From: a virus
Lineage: Duplodnaviria > Caudoviricetes
Length of the DNA: 43,272 nucleotides
Virus record (IMG/VR): IMGVR_UViG_3300043178_000107
Span: 1-43,272 of that record
Direction: 5' to 3' (one strand)
Below the pieces are notes generated by a model, which ran no database searches, had not been told where the DNA came from, and worked only from the letters and a program-made list of their open reading frames with translations. A program made the translations under genes and the position numbers. This document shows positions 28,395 to 36,834 of this stretch, piece after piece (position 1 is the stretch's first letter; each line of letters begins with the position of its first letter).

Positions 28395-29294
28395 ATGGCG
28401 GCTCTAGTAACATCTGGTGGATTCCAATTTTCTGTTTCATCAATTGGCGGAAAATGGTTTTGGACGCTTGACGCCTTGAATCAAGGCAATGGCCAGTTAT
28501 ATCAGATAAGAGATATAATTACTCCTTTCGGAAATTTGCTTGATAAATTTCCAATTCCTGGTGATGTGATACTTGCAATGGCTGAATCCATAAATCAGAT
28601 GATGGGGCAGCTTGCTCCAACGGTCGCTTTCGTGTCGCCTCCCGTCACTAGTATATCAATTACGGTGACAGAAGGTGATCCGGAGACAGCAGCCGGAACA
28701 ATTCCTGTTATGAATGCTGGCGCCTTAGGATCATTTATGACAGTAACAGCATCGCCCGATGTTTCTTGGCTAATAGCGTCACCAGCCACTGTTTCTGGTC
28801 TTGGAAAGAATGAAATTGCGCAATTCAATGTATCTGTTAATCCGATAAATTTGATTGCTTCAGGATCTCCATTTGTGGGACATATAAATATTCAAGACAA
28901 TCGGAGTCCCCCTACCATAATTCAAACAACCGTGACCGCTACAGTGTTACCAAAATCCTTGATAGAGGCAACACCGGCATCAATCGTTCTCGAATTTTTT
29001 CTGACATCTGGTGTTCCTGGCGCAGCTCAACTTTTGATTATTAAAAATAATGGTCCAGCCGGCTCAGTACTTGATTTCACAGTCGCGAAATTAACTAATA
29101 ACAGTCCTTGGTTAGGTATAAATCCCACCTTCGGTGGTCCACTTTCTTCGGGATCATCTACGACTATTATATTATCAGTCATATCTTCCGGAGTGCCACA
29201 AATACCCGGAAGTTATGTTGAGACTGTCAGGGTGACATCTTTAAACGCATCTAATTCCCCTGTCGATATTGTTGTCACTTTGAAGGTTCAATGA
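28395..29294 (+). CDS. BACON/Ig-like domain protein, probably virion-associated
   Basis: Two beta-rich repeats with I..N.G..GS...T......WL..SP/NP..G pattern. Confidence 0.7.
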   Translation: MAALVTSGGFQFSVSSIGGKWFWTLDALNQGNGQLYQIRDIITPFGNLLDKFPIPGDVILAMAESINQMMGQLAPTVAFVSPPVTSISITVTEGDPETAAGTIPVMNAGALGSFMTVTASPDVSWLIASPATVSGLGKNEIAQFNVSVNPINLIASGSPFVGHINIQDNRSPPTIIQTTVTATVLPKSLIEATPASIVLEFFLTSGVPGAAQLLIIKNNGPAGSVLDFTVAKLTNNSPWLGINPTFGGPLSSGSSTTIILSVISSGVPQIPGSYVETVRVTSLNASNSPVDIVVTLKVQ

Positions 29295-29330
29295 GTATAG
29301 ATTTATTGTTGACTTTATGATTGAGGAATC

Positions 29331-29588
29331 ATGCCAAAGCCTGATATAACGGATGTGCGTCTTTCATCAAGTGCCATTGATGATTTTTTTAATAAACCAC
29401 GGGTTGCCAGATCAGATTCAGAGACCAAAATAAGAATTGCTAGCATGTCAGATTTAGCTGGATTTCAATTTATTGCAGATGATAAGCTTGTCAGACTTTC
29501 TAAAAAAGATTTTTGGAGAGTGGTCAAAGATGACTCTGGCGGTTGGTTTATTGAACGTCTCATCAATGATGAACCGGTCAATACATAA
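29331..29588 (+). CDS. Small hypothetical protein (structural module)
   Basis: 85 aa; GAGG Shine-Dalgarno; RVA and RIAS motifs. Confidence 0.75.
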   Translation: MPKPDITDVRLSSSAIDDFFNKPRVARSDSETKIRIASMSDLAGFQFIADDKLVRLSKKDFWRVVKDDSGGWFIERLINDEPVNT

Positions 29589-29602
29589 AATTCGAGTCAC
29601 CT

Positions 29603-30709
29603 ATGATCGATAAATCAAAACTAATTCCAAATATCGTTGGCGGTCACTTTAAAACTGCCGGCGAAATCAAATTTCTCAAGGATTCCGGCCCACTCCGGCG
29701 GGATGTACGTGTTACCGGTTTCAAATGGTCTGCCGAAGCACTTAAAGAATTGGCCAGGGTTTTATGGGCGTCGCAGCGTTCCCATAGTTATTCACTTGCA
29801 GCTCTTAGAATGTTTTCGAAAATGTCTTCCGCCGAATTCAGTCCGGATGGGCTGCTCGGAGGTCGCGGATATATCCAAGCAATCAAAGATATCAGGGAGG
29901 GATTATCCAAATCTTCTGAAATTTTGTCGGCTATAACGGATACTTTGCATGATGAAATCAATGCTGATCACTGGAAAATTTCCTCTGAGGTTCCCGCAGA
30001 ATCTGAAGCTCTTGAAGAAGTTGAAACATTGATGCATGATACACAAGATATTCAGGCAAACCCTGAAGGATTTGTTGAAGAGCAATTGGAACAAGAAATT
30101 ATAGAAAATCCCTCTCATGAAGGTATGAATCCAGAACCGATGAATCCTGTAATTAATAATGAAGAAGAGGAAGAAGAAAAAGAAAGCACACTTGTTCAAG
30201 CATCAGACAAACCTCATGGTTTCATCAAGTTAATGCGGCGAATCAATGGTTTCTACCCACATTATAATAATATAATTAGCAAGCATTTGCGAGTTGCTTC
30301 CAATTCTGTTGCTAAAATAGCTGATTCATCTATTCCTGTAAGTACGTTGCCAGGGCCGAGGATCACTAGAGTTGGCCCTGGCGATGGTAGTAATCCAAAT
30401 TCAGGCGGTTATAATCCCCCTGAAGACGATCCGTCTGATGATCCATCATATGATGGATTCAATACAGATGATACAAACGTTTTCGATTATCTATATGAAT
30501 CTGAATGGTCGGATGGAGCCACAGCTTATGCTTCAAGCCATGTAGCAGAAACATATTCGTGGTTGCCGGGCAGCAAGAACGAAAAAAACCTTGATTATTA
30601 TAATAGAAATAAATCTTCAGAAGATATAGAATACATGAAAGAGCATAATCAACCAGATGCTCCTGCCGATTATCCAAAGAAATTGGACCGCCCATACGAA
30701 AAGACGTAA
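29603..30709 (+). CDS. Acidic hypothetical protein, putative head/internal protein
   Basis: 368 aa; SPDGLLGGRGYI core; KTA, RVAS and KIAD motifs. Confidence 0.75.
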   Translation: MIDKSKLIPNIVGGHFKTAGEIKFLKDSGPLRRDVRVTGFKWSAEALKELARVLWASQRSHSYSLAALRMFSKMSSAEFSPDGLLGGRGYIQAIKDIREGLSKSSEILSAITDTLHDEINADHWKISSEVPAESEALEEVETLMHDTQDIQANPEGFVEEQLEQEIIENPSHEGMNPEPMNPVINNEEEEEEKESTLVQASDKPHGFIKLMRRINGFYPHYNNIISKHLRVASNSVAKIADSSIPVSTLPGPRITRVGPGDGSNPNSGGYNPPEDDPSDDPSYDGFNTDDTNVFDYLYESEWSDGATAYASSHVAETYSWLPGSKNEKNLDYYNRNKSSEDIEYMKEHNQPDAPADYPKKLDRPYEKT

Positions 30710-30710
30710 T

Positions 30711-31664
30711 ATGCCGGCTGAATTACCCACAGAGCCGGCCAAGAAGCGCGAAGTTCTTGATTTTGGAATTGGTCCATATGATAGGAATATAGATCAAAAA
30801 CAAGGGGAGGATGAAGAAGAACAAGATATCAAGAAGACATCAATCCCAAGTCCTCCCGAATCCACGTATAATGATTACGAGACTCCGTACTTGAGTTATG
30901 CGAATTCGAAATTACCAACTGATGAAAAAAATCCCCTAGCGAGGTCTGATTATTACGATCCAAAGACCGGGAAAGATATATTTAGACCATCAACAGATGA
31001 TATATGGCCGTCATCATCTGTTGAAACAGCTAAGAATAAAGACGAGTCAGAATTACCGGGGGTTCTGAAAAATGATTCTACTATGGATAATTATTTGCAA
31101 TCGCTGGGAAATTGGTGGTCTGGATATATAATAGAGGATCTTGTATCTCCGATGGGCTTTCCAAGTATGGACTTTAATGAAAACGTAGATTATGAGAAGA
31201 TAAATGATCCCGGCCATGGAGGCCATATGACAGCTTCGATAAATTTCGATCAATTCAGAGTGGCTGCGGAATCATTACGCGGTCGTAGATTGTTGTCTAC
31301 CAATTTGGAGTTGGTCGGAAAACTGACTTCCGAATTCTTGAAAGAGTTTGGAAAAAAAGATTTGACAAGACGTCATGTGCTCGCTTTTTTGAGTAAGCGA
31401 AATCATCCGCAATATTTGGCGAGTGATATAATTCGTTGTTTAGCTCATCGCGAAGATATTTATATCAAAGATGTCATGGACGAATTTCCAATCAAGAAAG
31501 AGGCCTCTTTTGAGCCTCGTAATTTGCTCAGTCAAACGAGGGATAAGATAATAGAACTGGAGATTAAACATCTGATCGATTTAGATACGGCTTCTTGTTT
31601 ACGTAGGATTGCTGCTGATCTTGCTCATCTGATAATCTCTGTCGAGAAGTTTGAGAAAAACTGA
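30711..31664 (+). CDS. Hypothetical protein, putative head/internal protein
   Basis: Start placed at ATG 30711, right after the upstream stop (track gives 30657); repeated ELP/KLP segments; RVA, KEAS and RIA motifs. Confidence 0.75.
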   Translation: MPAELPTEPAKKREVLDFGIGPYDRNIDQKQGEDEEEQDIKKTSIPSPPESTYNDYETPYLSYANSKLPTDEKNPLARSDYYDPKTGKDIFRPSTDDIWPSSSVETAKNKDESELPGVLKNDSTMDNYLQSLGNWWSGYIIEDLVSPMGFPSMDFNENVDYEKINDPGHGGHMTASINFDQFRVAAESLRGRRLLSTNLELVGKLTSEFLKEFGKKDLTRRHVLAFLSKRNHPQYLASDIIRCLAHREDIYIKDVMDEFPIKKEASFEPRNLLSQTRDKIIELEIKHLIDLDTASCLRRIAADLAHLIISVEKFEKN

Positions 31665-33586
31665 TGCCCAGAAGAGATATCGATCCGGCAGGATCTCTCG
31701 GCGATATTGATTTCATTCTGCACAATCAGGGGGTTGCAGATCTGTCGTGGTTGTCTATTAATGAAGATGATTATCGTTCATTTGAAGCTCTTCCAAAACA
31801 AAATCTTGACATAATTCCGGAACTTCAACGAGCTCTCGTACAAGATGATGAAGGTATACCCCATATTATTCCTCTTCGTCCTCATACGATTGTAAATACT
31901 AATCCAGCTTATCAATCAACTGGTCAATCTGCTGCGACAACTAGTGTGACACCAATTCGTAATCGTGTGGCCCAGCTTCTGATCAAAGGTTTGCCAATTT
32001 CTGAAATCAATGGACGATTACGTCTTGAATTTGATCAGTCGAGTATCAACGCATCTAAATCAGATATAGAAGATCTTGTCAAAGAACAAGGATTGATTGG
32101 CAATGTTTATATCAATTCATCACATTTCCCGCGTTGTCATCAGGGAGACGGAAAAGATTTCGTTTCGAAATACGCCAAGAGAGCATTATACGTCATAGCG
32201 AATGATAAATGCCCGGGGTGTATTCATAATAAAGATGCTCGTTGTTTGATTTTCCAAAAACGCCTGATTTCGAATATTCCATACGATGAAAAACTTGTTT
32301 CTCAATATTCTGAGAGACTTGCTGCAGAAGGTCGTTCGATTCGTTCTTATGGAGATGTGAGAGAAAGGCTTAAAGAAGCATTTTTGAAGCCTATTGTTCC
32401 ATACCGAGATCCTATTCCAAGAATTATCGAGCAACATAATCACGAATATAAACCGACTGCTGCAGAGATAAATGAATATTTGAATTTAAAGCCGCAAAAA
32501 TTAGCGAAAAATGATATTTTGTCACCGGCATATATAAAATATGCTATTCGAATGATGACAAATCATGACGATCGTGATGTATTAACTTCCTCTACAGATC
32601 CAAAATTGCGAATTCTTGCAAAACAACATGGAATTCTCGGTCATACTTATCTCGATATGGATGCACTCGGCGGGTGCAAGAAGACAGCCCGTTTTATTTT
32701 GACTCATAAATCAGCTTATGACTATCTGGTTCGTCGTTCAGCTGTATGCAATGTTTGTAAAAATATTTCTGATGGTTATTGCGCACAATTGTCAAAAAAA
32801 TACAAGATTGTCAGAAATGAATCTGAAGTCTTAAATAAGACAGCGTTCGGGCTTGCTTTGAAACGAGCTGTCAATCAGAAACGTTTGACGCTTGAAAAAG
32901 CAAAATTGGCATTTAATAATGTTTCTGATTCAGCCAATTTTGCTTCATTGATAAAGCAAATCAATTTTTATGAACCCCAGAAAGAAATTCATAAAGGCAC
33001 CAATCATATAAATGTTCATTATGGGACACCCAACTCGGCTACCACTATTGATATAGATCCGGAACGAGTTCGCCAGACAGTGTCACATTTGATGAATATT
33101 GGTCTTTCTGGCAGGGTGTTAAAGAAAGCTTTGTTAAATGTCTATACAGCTGAAGAATTATCAAATATTTTTGGCCGGGAATCGGAAAATTATGAAATTG
33201 GAAAAGTGCTCGCAGCAAATGACGGGATACAAGGATTTCATTTCATAGATCCAACCGCCTATAGCGATTATGGGAAAGGTTGCAAACAGGGATCTGAAAA
33301 ATTCTGGCGCAAAGGTGCTCCGCGTGTATTAGCCGGATCAAAATGCACTGGATGCAACTTGCAAATAGCACCTGGATGGTGTTCAAGGTATGCTAAAGAA
33401 TTGATTCGTTCCGTACCAGAATCTGAGCGCACCAATGCCCGAGAAAAATCCCTTCCAGTTATCACAAGCTATGAAAATCCAGTAGAAAAATATGAACTAT
33501 CCCCTGGTATGGAATTTACTGTGCATGATAAGAAATTGAAAGAAATTAATATTAATTTAGTTTCATCTGGAAGGATTCCTGATTGA
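31664..33586 (+). CDS. Large hypothetical protein with three Cys4 repeat domains
   Basis: GLIGNVYI..C..CPGC..C, GILGHTYLD..C..CNVC..C, GIQGFHFID..C..CTGC..C. Confidence 0.8.
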   Translation: MPRRDIDPAGSLGDIDFILHNQGVADLSWLSINEDDYRSFEALPKQNLDIIPELQRALVQDDEGIPHIIPLRPHTIVNTNPAYQSTGQSAATTSVTPIRNRVAQLLIKGLPISEINGRLRLEFDQSSINASKSDIEDLVKEQGLIGNVYINSSHFPRCHQGDGKDFVSKYAKRALYVIANDKCPGCIHNKDARCLIFQKRLISNIPYDEKLVSQYSERLAAEGRSIRSYGDVRERLKEAFLKPIVPYRDPIPRIIEQHNHEYKPTAAEINEYLNLKPQKLAKNDILSPAYIKYAIRMMTNHDDRDVLTSSTDPKLRILAKQHGILGHTYLDMDALGGCKKTARFILTHKSAYDYLVRRSAVCNVCKNISDGYCAQLSKKYKIVRNESEVLNKTAFGLALKRAVNQKRLTLEKAKLAFNNVSDSANFASLIKQINFYEPQKEIHKGTNHINVHYGTPNSATTIDIDPERVRQTVSHLMNIGLSGRVLKKALLNVYTAEELSNIFGRESENYEIGKVLAANDGIQGFHFIDPTAYSDYGKGCKQGSEKFWRKGAPRVLAGSKCTGCNLQIAPGWCSRYAKELIRSVPESERTNAREKSLPVITSYENPVEKYELSPGMEFTVHDKKLKEININLVSSGRIPD

Positions 33587-33607
33587 TCAATTATAGTATA
33601 GTTGATT

Positions 33608-34324
33608 GTGAACTCATCGCAAAAATCAATTCAGGATAAGACCAAGAAAAAAAATTCTGGTTCAGGTTCTCCAAATATTGAATCGACTCAATCGACTCAA
33701 TCGACTGAATCGACTGAATCGACTCAATCGACTCAATCGACTCAATCGACTCAATCGACTCAATCGACTGAATCGATTCAGTCGATTCAATTAAAAGAAT
33801 CTGGTCAATTTATTCCGGATGATATCAACACCCCCTATGTGATAAAGGGTGCTTTAAATGAGCCTACTGCTGAAATTTTAGATTTAGAACAAATCGACAA
33901 AGAAGAACGTAGACGAGAATTATTCGTCCAAAATCAACCGCTCGTCAAAGCACTCGAAAATAAAGTACCAACGACTGAAGTGGTTGATTTGTTACTGATT
34001 GAAGTAGCTCGTGAATTAGCATCTCTGAAATGGGAAAAGAAAAAAGCTGCGTTGGAAGGGAAAAGTACGGCCGGTCACATATATTCTTGTATTGTGAGTC
34101 TTCAGAAATTGTCTGAAGTTCTTTTCAAACGCAAAGAATTGTCAATAGCAGAAAGGATTGATTTAAAATCTCCCAGATTTCAAAAAATTGTAAATTTGTG
34201 GTTAAACTTCGTATATGAATCGATGAAAAAATCTGCAATACCGGATGAGCAGATAGATGTTGTATTCCAACAGATGAAAGCTGATATGTTAGACTGGGAG
34301 CGTCTGATTACAGATCCTCAATAA
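33608..34324 (+). CDS. Hypothetical protein, candidate terminase small subunit
   Basis: Helical protein immediately upstream of terL; G-TATAGT-N5-GTG start; TerS call is positional only. Confidence 0.55.
   Translation: MNSSQKSIQDKTKKKNSGSGSPNIESTQSTQSTESTESTQSTQSTQSTQSTQSTESIQSIQLKESGQFIPDDINTPYVIKGALNEPTAEILDLEQIDKEERRRELFVQNQPLVKALENKVPTTEVVDLLLIEVARELASLKWEKKKAALEGKSTAGHIYSCIVSLQKLSEVLFKRKELSIAERIDLKSPRFQKIVNLWLNFVYESMKKSAIPDEQIDVVFQQMKADMLDWERLITDPQ
33680..33790 (+). repeat. 9-bp coding tandem repeat SAATCGACT x12 ((Q/E)ST)
   Basis: Read directly; the last two units are degenerate (ESI, QSI). Confidence 0.95.
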
Positions 34325-34329
34325 ACTCA

Positions 34330-36273
34330 ATGCCAATTGTTGAGCGAAAAGAAACTAGTCAACTTGTTGATTCGATAGATGATTTTTTATCGAAAAAACG
34401 ACTTCTGACAAATAAAGGAAATGAATACAATCCGGAATTTCTTTCCATAATAGAATTCATCGACAGATTCAAATTATTACCAAATAATTTATTCGCGGCA
34501 CAAAAAATGATAATAAAGTGTTATTATAATATTCCGCTTGATGATAAAGAAAAATTAATTAATATCAGTGATAAATTTAACACTAAAGTTTTATATCGAA
34601 TGACAGAGCTCGAGTATCTCAAATATTTATTCGATCAAGGTAGATGTAATATCAAAGAGCAGGATGGTAATGAAAGAAGAGAATTGGTACTTGCCATTGG
34701 TAGAAGAAGCGGTAAAACGCTCATTGCAGCCATTATAGCCGCTTATGAACTTTATAAGCTTTTACGGCGTGAATTTCCGCAAGGTTATTATGGTCTCCCG
34801 CAAGGCAATGAAATAATAGTTCTTTGTGTTGCAAGTGATAAAGATCAAGCTGCTCTAGTTTATAATGAACTGTCTGGGTTTATAGAACAAATCGATTATT
34901 TCAAATCAGCTCGAGCAAATTTTACGCAAACTTATATAAAATTCAGGACAAGTCATGATAATAAAGTTTATAATCACGGAAAGGGAACCATACGAACTAC
35001 GTTCAAGAGTTCTATCGCAAAGGGTCTTCGTGGTCGTGGTGTGATTTGTGTCATATTAGATGAGCTTGCACATTTCGTAGATGATGGCATTACTTCTGCG
35101 GAAAAAGTATATAAGGCCATTGTACCCAGTATTGGAGCTTTTTCACCAAAAGATCCGAAGAATAAACACATTCCAATAGGTCCGAGCGATGGCCGTGTCA
35201 TATCTATTTCATCTCCAGATACGAGAGAAGGTTTCTTTTATCGATTATATCAAATGTCACTCGAAAATTCTCCCGCTTCTAAAAATATGTTGATGTTTCA
35301 GGCTCCAACCTGGGAAATCAATCCGACTATATCCAGTAGCTATTATCAAATTGAATATCATAAAGATCCACGCGTGTTTTTCGTTGAACACGGTGCTGAA
35401 TTTTCGGACAGAGTAAGAGGTTGGATAGAAAATCCGACGGTTTTATTTGATTGTATTGATCCGAATCTGAGACCAAGACCACGTGGAATTCCTAGAGAGT
35501 ATCATTTTGTCGGTTTGGATCTCGGGTTAGTTCATGACGGAACTTGCGTAGCAATAACAAGAATTCATAATGGCGCTATAGAATTGATATATCATGAAGT
35601 CTGGTATGCCGGAAAAACTTGGAAAGAATGTAATCCGCATCTCGATACTCCAATCATCGACTACGTCAAAACTCTTCAAGATATAGATAGACTTGATATG
35701 AATGCTATAGCTGAATGGCTTCAAGCATTATCAAGATCTTTTTTCATTTACAAAGGATTGTTCGATCAGTGGAGCGGGATAGTTTTTGAGCAAGAATTGC
35801 ATAAACGCGGATTGCATCAATTCGAAATGCGTAATTTTTTTGCGTCGGACGCTTCGCAGATGTACCAAACCTTCAAGATGTTTATGTACAATAAACAATT
35901 TCGCATTTATGATTATCCATTACCAGAAAAAGCCGGTAATTCTGATACAGACATGATCAAACATTCACCATTAATCACGGAATTATTGCAATTGCAAGCT
36001 ACATCGACCGGTAAGAACATAATAACTGTTGCGGCTCCGGATATTCATGGCAAACATGATGACCAATCGGATGCACTCGCTAGAAGTATTTTGTTGGCAT
36101 CCGAATTTATAAAAAATAATCCGAATTCGTTGTACCAGATGAATAGTGCACAACTTCATCAATCAACAGCTCCGATTTATTGGTCGCGCGATCAATATAT
36201 GAGAAATCGAGGCCGGAGGCATGATCCGCGTACAAGAGTATCAAGAGTCTTATCGAGAATGAAACGTTATTGA
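34330..36273 (+). CDS. terL: Terminase large subunit
   Basis: Walker A GRRSGKT, LRG..VICVILDELAHF, ISSP, APTWEINP, EHGAEF, nuclease GLDLG, FDQW, HDDQSDA. Confidence 0.93.
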   Translation: MPIVERKETSQLVDSIDDFLSKKRLLTNKGNEYNPEFLSIIEFIDRFKLLPNNLFAAQKMIIKCYYNIPLDDKEKLINISDKFNTKVLYRMTELEYLKYLFDQGRCNIKEQDGNERRELVLAIGRRSGKTLIAAIIAAYELYKLLRREFPQGYYGLPQGNEIIVLCVASDKDQAALVYNELSGFIEQIDYFKSARANFTQTYIKFRTSHDNKVYNHGKGTIRTTFKSSIAKGLRGRGVICVILDELAHFVDDGITSAEKVYKAIVPSIGAFSPKDPKNKHIPIGPSDGRVISISSPDTREGFFYRLYQMSLENSPASKNMLMFQAPTWEINPTISSSYYQIEYHKDPRVFFVEHGAEFSDRVRGWIENPTVLFDCIDPNLRPRPRGIPREYHFVGLDLGLVHDGTCVAITRIHNGAIELIYHEVWYAGKTWKECNPHLDTPIIDYVKTLQDIDRLDMNAIAEWLQALSRSFFIYKGLFDQWSGIVFEQELHKRGLHQFEMRNFFASDASQMYQTFKMFMYNKQFRIYDYPLPEKAGNSDTDMIKHSPLITELLQLQATSTGKNIITVAAPDIHGKHDDQSDALARSILLASEFIKNNPNSLYQMNSAQLHQSTAPIYWSRDQYMRNRGRRHDPRTRVSRVLSRMKRY

Positions 36274-36503
36274 ATAATCTGATTGTGGACAAGAAAGTAT
36301 ATGAAAAAACGACGGCTTTTAGGGTCGTTCGTCAATTGATTGATCACTCATGGGGTAATGACACCGAATTAAATTCGAGATTATTGACGGATATATGTAA
36401 GGCATTTTATGACGCGGGAGGCTCGTGGGAGAGGCTTGTGGATGGTGACCCGGAATGTTTCAGAATACTTGATGCTGCCATCAAAAATCATTTGGATAAG
36501 TAA
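36270..36503 (+). CDS. Hypothetical protein
   Basis: About 77 aa, fills the gap after terL. Confidence 0.6.
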   Translation: MNNLIVDKKVYEKTTAFRVVRQLIDHSWGNDTELNSRLLTDICKAFYDAGGSWERLVDGDPECFRILDAAIKNHLDK

Positions 36504-36511
36504 GGTATAAC

Positions 36512-36832
36512 ATGGCTAAGTATGAGAAATCTGATGGTATGTCAGAAATGGTCAAGCTTTCCAAACAATTGCAATCTGAGTTGATGAAAGCTAAATCCCA
36601 ATTCGATATTATGATGAAATTGGCAATCAGTTTGGATAAATCAATGAAGCAAGTACGCATCAATACGGAAGATTCATATCCGGGTACCAGATTGAGACTT
36701 TCATCAATCATAAGGTCTATATCTCAAATTCACGGATTTTTAAATAGAATTCCTGTCAATATTGAGACCTATATTAGAATTGATCAAGAAGAAAATGAAC
36801 TTCGACGGCAATCCAAGGCCACATTCGAGTAA
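36512..36832 (+). CDS. Hypothetical protein
   Basis: 106 aa; G-TAAGGT-N5-ATG. Confidence 0.7.
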   Translation: MAKYEKSDGMSEMVKLSKQLQSELMKAKSQFDIMMKLAISLDKSMKQVRINTEDSYPGTRLRLSSIIRSISQIHGFLNRIPVNIETYIRIDQEENELRRQSKATFE

Positions 36833-36834
36833 TT

